Shown here in pieces: positions 24,101 through 36,200 of a stretch of 64,000 bases of DNA (its first letter is position 1; each line of letters starts with the position of its first letter). The position numbers and the translations under genes were made by a program. A model generated the notes under the pieces. The model searched no databases. It worked only from the letters and a program-made list of their open reading frames with translations, and was not told where the DNA came from. This DNA comes from Chrysomallon squamiferum (Eukaryota; Animalia; Mollusca): the NCBI GenBank assembly GCA_012295275.1, contig CM022665.1, positions 9,176,001 through 9,240,000 on the forward strand. Direction: 5' to 3'.

Positions 24101-26592
24101 ACAATATTGAAATAAATTTAATTTGTATTACTCAAAATTAATATTACACAACACTAAAGCTATATATGCTTTTTATCATGATAAAGAAATATATCTTAAT
24201 TGCAATTTCCTTTTGTTCATAACAGTATTCTTATAATACAGTCCAAACTTTTTAGCTTTCTGTACTTGAAAAGTAACTGGAATGGTACTTTAGAAATATA
24301 ATTTTTATAAAAGAACATTCAAATAAATAGTAGATACCACCATAATATTATTTAGTATTTGTGTTTCGAACCAAAATTTAAATAAAATATATTTACTAAA
24401 GGTTTATCCATTCAGTGGTTGCATTTAAAACATTTTAAATATTTAACTTGCACTTCTTATTGGAAGTATTAAAATCATTTGTGTTAAAAACATGATCAAA
24501 GTTCAAAATTTTATCTGATCCACTTTTTGAAAGTGCAGGGGAAAAAATGACTGGTTATATTAAAACATACAAAATATTTACACAGAGAAGAGGGTAAAAA
24601 AAAAAAAATTCTAACATTGTGTATATTAATATACGTGAAGAAAATAATAATTTACTTGAATGCTATAAGTTTTGCATTCTGAAACATGTAACTGCACATC
24701 TGTATTTTTGATGTATTATGCTTAAGTTGATTATCCAGATATGACAGTAATGATGATTTAGTTACTCTTTGCATATATATACCCTTCAGCTTTCTGCTGA
24801 GAACATGTATTAACAATCTTACAAAACAGGGACCCTCCTGTAGTTTCCCAATGAATAAAACCATACATGAAATGATGAATGGTGGCCTTTTATATAACAA
24901 CTGTGTCAACAACAGCAAATACACCATAACATCCAACTATATATTTTGATCTTACATCTGATCAAATTTAATCCTAATAAAACAGCAGCAGTTAACCATC
25001 AATTTTTACTTGGTGAAATTTGTTCTTCTTTATAATGAAACTCATCTTTCTGAACTCTGTTCAAAATGGCACCAGAAAAAAATTGGACTATGGAAATATG
25101 GAAAAAATGGCACTCCATATATGATTATTGTAACACTTCAGGAATGAAACCTTAAAAGTTCAATTTTGATCAACATTACATCAACATAATATATATTGCC
25201 AAGTATACTTGATATTATGTGGCTTTTATGTAGAGTAACGTTAAATACAGTGCAGAGATCGGAATTTGTGGCTTTTTATGCAGTGTAATGCATAAATTCA
25301 AGTAAAATCACAAAAAGGAAAAAAATTCCTACAAAAAATGGAGAGAAAAAAAAGAATAAAAGAAATGTTTAAATTTTCACAACATAATCATTATAAATGG
25401 GTATTATATGACAAAAATGGTATTAGATATCCAATTAAAAAAATTAATAATAATAACAAAGCATTCACAAAAGTTAATGATTAAATTTAATATAAATGCA
25501 ACTTTGTACAGTGGCATATATTTATTAGAAAAACATACACGTATGTTTATACACAAAAATTACACATTACCATTTCATGATGAAAGGAAAACAAATGTAT
25601 TTCTATTTATTTGTTTCATTTTTATCAATTCAAAATCCACCAGTCATTAAATTACATCATCTAAAAAAAAATTAGCCTGGGTTTTATCAGATAACAATAT
25701 TTTGAAAAAACATGACTATTAAGTTAGTATATTTCAAAAGCTAGTATGCACAGAACTGTTACAAACAGAGAGACAATATTTTGTACTTCCTCATTTACAA
25801 CAATAATTCTCTCTGATGTGTAACAGAGACTAGTACATGTAATGGGATAATACAAATCAATACTGCTAGTCATAATATGTTTATGCAAGAGATTTTGCAT
25901 TCTAGACTGACTTGTTATTGTTTGCTGCCTCTGAAAGCTTGTGGAGTACAGAAGTCACAAATGCAACACTTTGATGATTAGCTTTTTATTGCTTTATTTT
26001 GTTGCTCTTATTTATTTGTTTTATTTCTAATTTGCACTTATTTATTTTTAATTCCTAAAAGTATTAAAGACAAACCAGAAAATTGAGAAATGGTATCAAT
26101 CATAATAAATGAAGTCTAGGTAGACTTCTGTTCTCAGTTCTATAAAAATTGTCTGGTAACAGTAATAGTTTATAGTTCGTGTGTTTGCGTGCTATTTGTT
26201 TTATAGCAGACGAACACATTGTCTATTTCATGCAATTAACTGAGTCAGAAGCATTCTGCATGGCCACACTGCTAAAGTGCAATTCGATCAGACAAACCTT
26301 TTTCCCACACACACGTCCCACACTAGTTAACAGTTGACATGCATGAAGCATTCAGAAATGGGTTATACAATCGCTGTAATGCCGGATATAATTCTGACTT
26401 TTGTCAAATCTGTCTATTAAAAGATTATGTAATAGACATCAGCTGTCTTATCACAACAAAGAAAGTTGATGGTCGCTTACTCATCCATGACCGAGACCGA
26501 TTTTAACACAAGGCAGTAAACCAGTGCGATCGATTCAACCTACATTACTTACCGTGCTGCGATAAATCCGATTTCTTCAACACCGAATCCAT
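998..26592 (-). CDS. Unconventional myosin heavy chain gene (class X/XXII, probably MyTH4-FERM type); 17 coding exons in the window, 3' part beyond the window start
   Basis: Exons join in phase and give P-loop GESGAGKT, switch [10 protein letters not shown], switch [11 protein letters not shown], relay [35 protein letters not shown], three IQ motifs and an E/R/K-rich helix. Class assignment is inferred because the tail is not visible. Confidence 0.93.
1561..1667 (-). CDS. Myosin exon 16 (IQ2/IQ3)
   Basis: cag|..[35 protein letters not shown]|gtactt. Confidence 0.88.
2150..2261 (-). CDS. Myosin exon 15 (converter end plus IQ1)
   Basis: cag|[37 protein letters not shown]|gtatgt. Confidence 0.9.
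2499..2802. mobile_element. Non-autonomous TcMar-Tigger-type MITE resembling Tigger4/MER46 (Zombi)
   Basis: Flanked by TA on both sides (2497-2498, 2803-2804); starts CAGGTTGAGAATCCTTTATCCAAAATGCTTGGGAC; right end degenerate. Family match is from recalled consensus, not a search. Confidence 0.7.
3358..3513 (-). CDS. Myosin exon 14 (converter)
   Basis: tag|[18 protein letters not shown]...WQVGKTK|gtaagt. Confidence 0.92.
4479..4596 (-). CDS. Myosin exon 13
   Basis: cag|.[39 protein letters not shown]|gtacaa. Confidence 0.93.
5017..5156 (-). CDS. Myosin exon 12 (loop 2)
   Basis: cag|[46 protein letters not shown]|gtatat. Confidence 0.9.
5562..5801 (-). CDS. Myosin exon 11
   Basis: cag|[11 protein letters not shown]...[23 protein letters not shown]...DLTRFQ|gtgatc. 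Confidence 0.92.
6280..6330 (-). CDS. Myosin exon 10
   Basis: cag|[17 protein letters not shown]|gtaaaa. Confidence 0.92.
6835..6909 (-). CDS. Myosin exon 9
   Basis: cag|[25 protein letters not shown]|gtatga. Confidence 0.92.
7341..7433 (-). CDS. Myosin exon 8 (relay helix)
   Basis: cag|[31 protein letters not shown]|gtaaat. Confidence 0.94.
8467..8503 (+). repeat. 37-nt perfect direct repeat, copy 1 (copy 2 at 9241-9277)
   Basis: actattttatgctcactgtaaccattcaagaaactgt occurs identically at both sites. Confidence 0.9.
8965..9114 (-). CDS. Myosin exon 7 (switch II)
   Basis: cag|[21 protein letters not shown]...[14 protein letters not shown]|gtaaga. Confidence 0.95.
9241..9277 (+). repeat. 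37-nt perfect direct repeat, copy 2
   Basis: Identical to 8467-8503. Confidence 0.9.
12555..12610. repeat. Imperfect (TG)n microsatellite
   Basis: Visible TG dinucleotide run. Confidence 0.85.
13435..13650. mobile_element. Possible degenerate SINE-like interspersed repeat fragment (a related piece may lie at about 7580-7660)
   Basis: gaggaaatctgctgctgcc...cactggctg...ctctaccactaag resembles a gastropod SINE-like repeat as recalled; not verified by search. Confidence 0.3.
15209..15780 (-). CDS. Myosin exon 6 (switch I)
   Basis: aag|[17 protein letters not shown]...YLLEQSRI...[10 protein letters not shown]...YKLQE|gtaagt; lies within ORF 15155..15814. Confidence 0.96.
16547..16755. repeat. 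Minisatellite, about 46-nt unit, about 4.5 degenerate copies
   Basis: Unit approximates aagttgtaaaaacctaatttgttttgtggaatattacta...gt. Confidence 0.85.
17940..18048 (-). CDS. Myosin exon 5
   Basis: cag|[36 protein letters not shown]|gtaagt. Confidence 0.94.
18813..18956 (-). CDS. Myosin exon 4 (P-loop)
   Basis: cag|[26 protein letters not shown]...[14 protein letters not shown]|gtagga. Confidence 0.95.
19471..19533 (-). CDS. Myosin exon 3
   Basis: cag|[21 protein letters not shown]|gtaagt. Confidence 0.95.
19534..22873 (-). other. U12-type (minor spliceosome) GT-AG intron
   Basis: 5' site GTATCCTTTTT and branch site TCCTTAAC (19545-19552) ending 11 nt before the 3' end of the intron. Confidence 0.9.
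21138..21168. repeat. (AC)n microsatellite
   Basis: About 15 AC units. Confidence 0.9.
22874..22980 (-). CDS. Myosin exon 2 (start of motor domain)
   Basis: cag|.[35 protein letters not shown]|gtatcc. Confidence 0.92.
26553..26592 (-). CDS. Myosin probable first coding exon
   Basis: ATG GAT TCG...CAC G|gtaagt ([13 protein letters not shown]), phase 1 matches exon 2; lies in a locally CpG-richer region. Confidence 0.7.
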
Positions 26593-27268
26593 TTCTACAG
26601 AACACTCACAGTATAACTAAGTCATTGTGGAAGCGAACATGCTCACCATGACACTAACCAGTGCATGTTCGCTGTGCTTGTGAGCAGTTTACGGTTAACG
26701 GTGTTATGTGACTCATTGTTCTCTTTCAAGTTGGCGCGCCACTCCCACATCCTTCTGTGCTTGGCTTACACTGGAAGCCAGTTGGTGAAAACGAGATACC
26801 AGTTTATTCTACGAAAACCGAACGAGAAGCAACGTTTTGGCCTATGAATATTAATATAGTAGCACACCGCATCCATCATCTGATAAAAATAATTTACAAT
26901 GTTACAATAAAAAATATATATTTTAAACATTCTCTATTCGATTGACTGTTATATCCTAGAAATGTTTTTTCTTTTTCTTTTGTAACATGGATTTCCCCAC
27001 AGAATTTTTTTGTTTTTATAAATTTTGTCAGAAATGTCGTTTTTATGGATCATCAGAAAATATTTGTTTCATTTTTTAAAATTAATGTAATTAAAAATGC
27101 TTAGTTATTTAAGTAGATTTATTAATAGTAACATCTTCACCATTATCCTTGTTGCATATAAAGGAAAGGTGCATGTGAAACCATTAATTTATAATAATAA
27201 TAATTTTGTTGATAGTATTATCCATGTGACATTGTTGTATGTCAAGGAATAATAATGATAATAAAACC

Positions 27269-27299
<31 letters not shown>

Positions 27300-28470
27300 T
27301 ATAAATCCCAGTAATAAATCATCACAATATCATGGATTAAAAAAAAAAAAAAAAAGAATGAAAGAAAAAAAGACACCATCCATACCAAGCACATCAGCAT
27401 GTAATTCTCTTGCACTGTAAGTTTCTAATACATTAAATGATGCAATATCATAATGGGAATGAAATAAACCAGTTTATATTTTCACATTATTATTGCTAGA
27501 AATAGTATTTTCAAGACAATATACCTGTTTTAATGTAACTTATCTTCCAGTAGATAAATCATTTCAGTTAAGTTTAATACTGACTTGTTTTGAATGATTT
27601 TGTTTTTGTATAATTTTCACTTATCTAGTAGTGAATGTTACTCATTCATCACCCTGCAGTTATTTTTAACAAAATAAGCATTTTTTTAAATTATACTTTT
27701 TTATGACATTAAATTTATGATTATTAAAATAGCCAGTTTATTATTATTATACCCAAGTTTTATTTTCACTTGAACATTTTTTTAAAATTTAAGAACGATT
27801 TTTAATGCAATAAATTTTTGTAAAATGGTGTCCATTAAGATATGTAAAGAGGCCTACTTTCAACCAAATGTAATATGAATGAAATAATGTGGGGATTACT
27901 GAAACTTCCATCACAAATATAAAGATTACAGTTTTGTAGGTTTCTTAACAATTGAAGCTAACTGGATTGAGGCAAAATCACTAATTTATCTTTTCTGTCA
28001 AACTAATCCCCAAAATGCACTATAACAACAATTAAGATAATGTTAAGGAACCTTTAAAACATTTGTTTTTGGAAAATTTTTATTTCTTCAGCTGATGGAG
28101 ACAATTACAAGGACACCTAACTGTTATTTTTATGTGTTAAAAGATTTAGAATGGCTTCCATACAAACACACACACACACACACATACACACACTTGTGTA
28201 ATACTGATGTCCAGTGTAATCTCCACATTTTTTTTTTTTGTTGTTGTTGCTGCTGGTTGTTACTTCATCTGCATAAAACTGATTCCATATAGCTATCACT
28301 GAAATACGTTATCACTCTGCATTTAATTATATATTTTATTTTTTAGTCTTGTTGCTTGTCATTAAAAATGTTAATTGAAGTACATTTTATTGGAATTTCT
28401 TCATTTTCTTTTCTCATAGCTTTCATTTCATGCTCTTTAATTGTTAAAACATGGAATATACTGTTTCATC

Positions 28471-28501
<31 letters not shown>

Positions 28502-30145
28502 TTTTTTCCAGTATCAAACAAATTTATGATACCCTCTTTAATTAATGACTAGCTATGATACAAGTTTGAAACAATGTATGGCCTCTCATTAATGTAAGTA
28601 TTATTAAGGCAACAGGGACAACTTTTCAAACTTTAGAACAGGGTACATTTCAGAAGAAATAACACCCAAACATATTTTGAAAGCACCATCTCATAGTGCT
28701 TATTTTGATTGAACACTGTCTTTGAAATCAGGATGTTTTAGCCAGGGTGTGTTTTGAAAGGGGGACATTTTCACTGATAATCTTTAAAGCTGTGCATGGA
28801 ATCGTAACATTCTTTTAAATATTTTAATCATTCTATATTGTTATTCATGTTCATGGCAGCATGTGTGATTGTGTATTTCAATTCAGTGTTTGAGAATGAG
28901 AAAACTTTCATTGAATCAATAAATAAATAACACCAACAGACGTAATTAATAATACTGTATTGTTTTAATTTAAGAACTTGTCAATTAATTTTTCATACTC
29001 CAACTAATTTCAGTATGGGTTTTGTTCTCAACACTGAATGAGTAACTGGCAAACACCTGTTAAAAAATTTCTAACATCACAAGATTGTTTTTGTCTATTG
29101 ATTTATAGGCAATCGGACATTAAGGATTTGGTAATCTCCTAATTTATAATTTTATATCCACTTCCTATAAATAGGATTATGTTTTTGATAACCAGTTATA
29201 GGACAATCGATTAAATTGGGGTGATCGGTCATGTTTCAGACTACAAATGTAACCAACTTAATAAGCTATTGGCACCCAACATCCATGATCAATAGTTATA
29301 GTTCTTTTAAATAATAATTTCTCCTAACAGGTCAACTGAATACTCTTTATTAAATGAAAAACACATATGCAATTTCTTGCTTCAAAATACATTAAATAAC
29401 TTTTTTATGTAGCTTGTTCACATACTGACACTTTAGTTATATGGTGGATCTTCTAAAGAATTTTTCTTTTTTAATAAGTTATCTCTTTGTCCTATTAAAT
29501 TACTAAAGTTTGTATCTATCGTTTAACTATTATTAAAGTTTTATCTTCTGCAGAACGTGATGTTTTTTTCTTTCTCAATGAAAACCAATGCTAAAAATGA
29601 CTCTAAACAAACTGTTTTCTTGAAGGTCAGCATGTGTATGTAAAAAAATAAAACCAGCCCAATTTATTATTCAACATAACAACAGAGAATTAAAAGTTAA
29701 TGTTTCAACAATAATATAAGAACAAATAAAAATACAAAACTTGAAATAGTGAAAAATATACTATGTTTTATTTTTCTATTTAACAAACAATAGTTCAGTT
29801 TCAGTTACAAGTAAAAATTTCAGAAACATTGGAAGGGAAACCTCCCATATAAGTTAAACAAACAATAACAATGTCCATATGATTATATTTTTTTTTGTGC
29901 TTCCATTTCAAAATGGTATCAGCATATAAAAGACACTAACACATTTAACAAAATCATAAATTTTATCTTCAATTAAAAACAAGTGTCTTTGGACAATATT
30001 AGTAAATAAAAATTTATTATTAATGCAGTATTTTGTTAAAATTGCTGATTTTTACTATCTTCAAAGGGAACAATTGAGTCATGGCATACAATTTTTGTTA
30101 CATTTCCTATATTTTGTCTGCATTAGACTCTTCTTGATTAACAGT

Positions 30146-30228
30146 TTAATCTGACTGACATTCATCAATAACTTCAAAATCACTTCCCATATTTATTAAA
30201 CTGGCTTCACTGGTCTGGCTAACTAAAT
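30146..30228 (-). CDS. ZNF318: ZNF318-like probable last coding exon
   Basis: ttttgtag|.LVSQTSEASLINMGSDFEVIDECQSD*; phase 1 matches the G|gtaagt donor after 30552. Confidence 0.7.
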
Positions 30229-33200
30229 CTACAAAAGATGAAAAATATATCAATGTTTTATTCTAAGCTTTTAGTGTATATTAACTGTAATATTAAACTG
30301 CTTACACATTACAATAAAATTGAAAATTATATAAATATTTTTACTTTTTTTTTTTATTTTTTTTATAAAATTTTTAAAAGAATAATGTAAAATAATGACT
30401 GGGAGATTTAGAAGAATAAATCATGAAATAATTCAACCATTTATTTTATTTTTCTTCTGTGATTAAGCATTTACTGATATTTATTCAATATATTTTCTCT
30501 CGAGTGTACCTGAACAAATTCCAAAAGATTTCTTTTATCCCTTGTACTTACCACATGAATCTACATCAGGTTCATTTTGTGTAATTTCATTCTCAACTGT
30601 CTCATTTGTGTCAACTTCATTTGTGTCAACTTCAGTTGAATCAACCACAACATTAGAAGCAAATGTTTCACTAGAAGTGCCAACTATTTCCTTTTCATTC
30701 AAAGCAGAACTATCTCTGTTTGAGTGGGTTGTGCTGTGTACAACCTCTTGTGACTCAATCAGAGGCATACCTTCCACCTGTACTGCTTCTGGGTTAATAC
30801 AAGTTTCTATTACAGCTGTATTTGTTATATGACACTCTGTTGAGCTCTGAGTTATTGCATCTTGGGATCCACTGGCAGGTAAAACCAAATTTTTTGAGTT
30901 GTTTGGAGAAAAAATCAAAACTTCTGATGTACTCTCTGCAAGATTTGCTATAGCTGCAAATGCATGACTAACAACATCTGTCCAGTTATTAGTACTAGAT
31001 GTACATGTGCTTGCACTGGACAATTCAACATCTATTTCTCTGACTGATTCACTCTGTGAACAAATAAATGGATCATCAAAATATATTTGCGTAGAACTCT
31101 GAACATCGGAAGAGACTGTTTCATCTGCTGAAACCACTGCAGTTTCTAGATTTATAACTGTCTTTGAAACCTCACCAGACTGTGTTTGGTCAGCTATGGA
31201 TTCTTCTGTGGCAGCTGTTGCAGAGGCAGACAACTCTGAAAAATCATTATTATGTCCTTCCCCACTGATTTCTAATGAAATACCAACAGCTTCTGTGCAG
31301 TCAACATGCGATTCTTTTGTGTCGAGATTTTCTTTTCTTTTGGATCTGCTTGATGTACCAACTGTATTTTCTAATTCAGTTCTGTTTTCATTCTGCAAAT
31401 CAGTGTCCCCAACTGAGGTACAAATATATTTTGCCTGTTCACAGTTGGTTTCATTACTTGTTGAGACAGCATTTCTTCCAAAATCAGAATCAACCATGAA
31501 TGTATTTAATTCTGATGTGTGAACTTGAACATCAACTTCAGATGTGGAGATATTTTCCTGGTTTGAAATATGAACTGTACTGACACTGCTTGTAGTATCA
31601 GCTTTACTTTCATTGCTCTCCTCACTAAAATCTTTGTTATTATCTTCATCAGCTGAAAGAGTGTTTGCACTTGCTGATTCAGCTTCATCTAAATATTGCC
31701 TGCTAATACTTGTGGTATCAGCTTTTATTTTATCATCAGAAGTAATATTGCTGGCATCAGGTACTTTCAGTTCTGGGCATAAAGCCTCTACCACTGCTGG
31801 TGGTATCTGCTCTCTGTTCATTTAATTCACAAATAATTTGCTCTTGGACTGTACAGTCCACTGTATTTGCACCTTCCATTTCAGGTCTCATCAAAACATT
31901 TGATGCAGAAGTATCACTATTATCAGCTATATTTATTGAGTTATGAATGTCTGTTTGAAATGTCTGGACATCAGTTGATGACTGCACCATGGGCATATTG
32001 TTTTCCATGACTGAATTTCTAGACAGCATAGCACTTTCTGATATGGTAGTTGAAGACACTGTGCTGCCCTGTGATAAAACAAGAATGCATATTTCTTGGT
32101 TTAATGGACTATTATTATTTTTATTAGTATTCCCATTGGAATTTTTGCAACCATTTGATAAATTATCACTTAAAGACTGTGAAACACTTTCACCAGAAAT
32201 TTGTGTAGTGGTATCAATACTATCAGCAGAACCACCATCAGATTGTTCAGATTTTGTGTTATTGTCTTCTGGGATTTCATTCTTTACTGTGCAAATATTA
32301 TCAATCAAATGAAAATTCTGAGAAGTATTTTTACTTTGCACCATTTCCTCTTCACTAATTTGTCCATCAAAAGGTGCACCCTGATTATCATCAGGTATTA
32401 CTGGGCAAAAGTTTTCTTCAGAATTTTGTTTTTCTTTGAATCCTGTTCTGAAATCTGAAACAGAAGCTGAAGCTATAGTATTTTGAACAATGTTTTCATC
32501 ATTATTTGTGTTCTTTTCTTTTAACTCAGTCTCACGATCATTAATACCAAAAGATGTTGAAACAGATTGGGAATTATTGTTTGTAACATCTACTTCATGA
32601 AACTTTTCATTATTTTCAGTCTCTGAAGTATCATTTTTGAGGCTTACATCTGATAATTTATCTCCTGCTTTGGTTTTTCTTCCACTGATAATTCATCATT
32701 TTCATTCTGGAATGTTCCATTTTTAACTGCATTGGGTAAAGATGTTCCCCAACATTCTGATTTTTCTTCTGGTAGACACATATTTTGACTTGGTGGTGGT
32801 GGAGGCTTGGGTTTTATTTCTAATTCTTTTACTTCTTCTATTCCCAAATACTTCAATTCTTCAGCCTTTTCTTTTTCTATATCATCTGGATTCAACTGAC
32901 CCCTAAATGCCTTAGCTATAATTTCTTGATCAAGATGCTGAGAGCTTGGAGAGTCATTTGAAGCATTATTAGGATGTGGAATGGCTTCTATATCCTTAAC
33001 CACAGGCAATTTACCATCTGCAGTAGCAGGGCCAATTGTTAAGAATTCATCCAGTGATGGTGGTTCTACAACTTGTGGTTTTACACTTTTTTTGACAGAT
33101 AAATCATCTTTGGATTTTTTCTGAGGAATTTTCCTAGTGACAGGGGTCCAAGGTGGAAGAATTTTTGATGGTTGTTTAATAACAGTTTTACCTGTCAGTT

Positions 33201-36200
33201 TAATTGGAATTTTACCAATTGATTCTTTTGTTTCCACTTTTGGTTTTTCTTCTTTCTTTTTCAGATCTGATTTTTTATCATCTTTGTCTTTGGGTTCAGG
33301 TTTTTTCTTTTGTTCTTCTTTGTGACTGAATTTTCCAAAGCCAACTGTTTCATTTATCATATTTTCTGCTTTTTCTTGCTTTATTTCATTTTTTTTGTTT
33401 GTCTCAGTGTCAACAAAATTTGTCAAAACTTCCTGTTTTTTGTATTTATCATCTTCTTCCTTTTTCTCTGACAGATATGCAGTTCTTTCTAACATGAATC
33501 TCTTTTCGTAAAAAGGATTCTTTTCCATATAACTCTGTAACAGCAATTAAACAGCATGAAATAAGCTGGACAATATGAACATTTTTTAAACACAATTTGA
33601 ATATGCACTTTCTAAATTAATTTTTCATAAAGATACTATTTTTTTTTTTTTTTTTTTTCATTTGAAAGATACTGATTAAACAAAAAAAAGACATATCTTC
33701 TGGAATAGCTTTGTTTTTTTGTTTCAATTTTTTCTTTTAAAGTTAAAAAAAAAGTCAGATGAAATTACATTCAGTTTTATTCTTATCACGAAATAATTAC
33801 ATTTCTATTCTGGTAATAACTAATGATTAATATTATATAAAACAAAAATAATTTAATTACTTACTCTATAATTATTATTATGTTTATCACTTTTCAAATG
33901 GGCACTGGCACAGGTAACATCGCCTGAGAATTCTTTGCAGAGAGAACAATAAAATGCTGACACTGACATCATAAATTCTACACCTGCAATGTTGTTAAAA
34001 TCAGTTTTATAATCAGTCAGCTTATATTTTACACTTGTATGTAAAAGAAAAAATTATATAAGTCTATCATTTTTTGAATCTGCACAAAGTAATATAACCT
34101 TGATCGTCAAAGGTCTTTAATGGTTTATTCCTGTTTTTTACCTTTTTTTTGTATATTTTGATAAAATACATGTTCATTTAAAAAAAAAATCTTCAGAAAT
34201 GATTTTATTCAGTATATATCATAAATAATACCTTTAAGGGGACAAGTCTGGCATGGACCTTCAGGAATTTTTTTGTCTAAATCATTTAAGGTTGATTCAA
34301 GCCATGGTCTTTCAAAAGGATCAGTTCTCTATTAAAAAAAAAAAATAATAATAAAAAAAAAAAAATTAAAAAAAATAAATCAGAAATAAAAAAAGATATT
34401 AAATTAAAAAACCTATTTCTGTCAGCAACATCTGAACCAAAATTTTAATTCTGTTAATGATAAAAAAATTTTTACAAAAATTAACAGGAATTAAAAATGA
34501 TCAAAGTACACAAAACTAGAACAAGAAAAATTAACAATGTTTTCTAGTACATTTCAGCAAGATTATATATCAGAATAAATATAAATTATGTGTAATCAAT
34601 AAAAAAAAGTAAATCTTTACAAACCTACCTTTGTTAATATGTGACTGACTCACACAGCATTTCTTTCTATAGCAGGTACAAAAATGTCCAAGTAAAATGG
34701 TACATAAAGCATTGTAACAAAATTTAAGAATGTATGGAAATGAAAAACTTATATACTTTTTGTCAGATAAAACATGAAAAGAAAAGAATCCATGCTACAT
34801 CAGGTGTTAAATATTTTAGCATGTAAACTCCTACATAAGGGTATGTGTGGAAAATATTTTAACTTTTCTTAAAAATCAGTACTGTAGTATATTTAAGAAT
34901 CTGACATTCAGATCTAGACAACAAATATAAAAGAGAGCTATTAAAAGCAAATGCTAAGATTTTGTGTTTTACTTTTGGAAAAACATTTAATTCAAAAATT
35001 GGGACACCAAAGAAACTAGTTTTGCTTTTAAATGAATGACTAAAAATCATAGGAATATTAATTTCTAGTTTTTAAATTACATCCATAAATTTCCATTTTA
35101 AAGATGATAAAAAAAAAAAAAATGGTGATAAATTGGCTTTGTCATTTTCACAACAGAAAGGACATTGTGAATATCAGTGTTCCAATATCATCTAAAATTA
35201 GTGCACATAAACATAACATTGATAAATTTAAATCAATACATAAATCTGATTTGATACCTGTTGATGTTTCTTTGACTGCAGATGTGATAAGTATTCAAAT
35301 ACACTAAGAGTCACATGATTACATGACCTACACCAGTGATGGCCTGCATCAATGTATTGGTAATTGACCTTCTTCTCTTTATCTTTTTTGTCCAGCTTTA
35401 ACAAATCCTGTAGAAAAAGAACACAGATTATTCAGTTGGCACAGCTTACTTAACAACATTAGCAAAAGTTTTGCAAATATTTATGATATATTAATAAACT
35501 GAAATCAGTGTGGTAAAGGTGAAATGGTGACTTGAAATAACAGGATATCAACAATACAAAATGTTACGATAATATGCAATACATTAATAAACACCATCAC
35601 ATTTAAAATAACCCTTAGAGTGAAAATAAATATCAGAGAAAAAGATAACAATTTAAATTTATATTATTATATCAAAGTATAAAGAGCAGAGAAACATAAA
35701 TTTGCATACCTCCCGTGTAGACTGTTTTTCAGACCTTTTACTAGATACATTATTATCTTTTTTGGAACCAGTACATGATCTCTTTTCACTGTCTTTATTC
35801 TTTAAAACATCTGATGATGCGTCAGCAGCTTTTCTTAAAATTTTAATTTGTTCAGCAATTTCTTCTTGTAGTTTGCTGTTCTGAACAAGAAGAGGATCTT
35901 TGTGTCCATCCCGCTGACGTCGTCTTTTTCTCATTATTTCGTTTTGCTGCTTTCTTAATTTTTCCATCTCTCGTTCTAGACCTTCAAGTTTTTTCTTTCT
36001 TTCATCACATTCTTTAGTCAAAGTTTCTCTTTCTTTAGGAGAAAGTCTGCGCTTTGGGGATACTTCTTTAGGTTTTTCATTACTAACCTTCACTTGTTTT
36101 TTCATTGGTTCCAATGACAAGGATCTATATTTGGAGGCGCTTTCTTTTCTCTTCTGATTTGACTTCAGTGGCATAACTATTCTTGTAGATTCCACAGGTT

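Noticed and set aside
30535-32344. Two stand-alone acidic protein genes (428 aa and 195 aa)
   Set aside because: They tile continuously with the ZNF318-like exon and share its composition, so they are treated as its tail.
32670-32685. Programmed -1 ribosomal frameshift at GAA GAA AAA C
   Set aside because: No evident stimulatory structure, and a second opposite shift would also be needed; indel or splicing explanations are simpler.
30542-33325. Plus-strand ORFs opposite ZNF318
   Set aside because: Antisense shadows of a biased-composition coding exon.
35245-35257. GTATCA donor as a second U12 intron
   Set aside because: Lacks the CCTT extension, and no TCCTTAAC branch lies near the acceptor.
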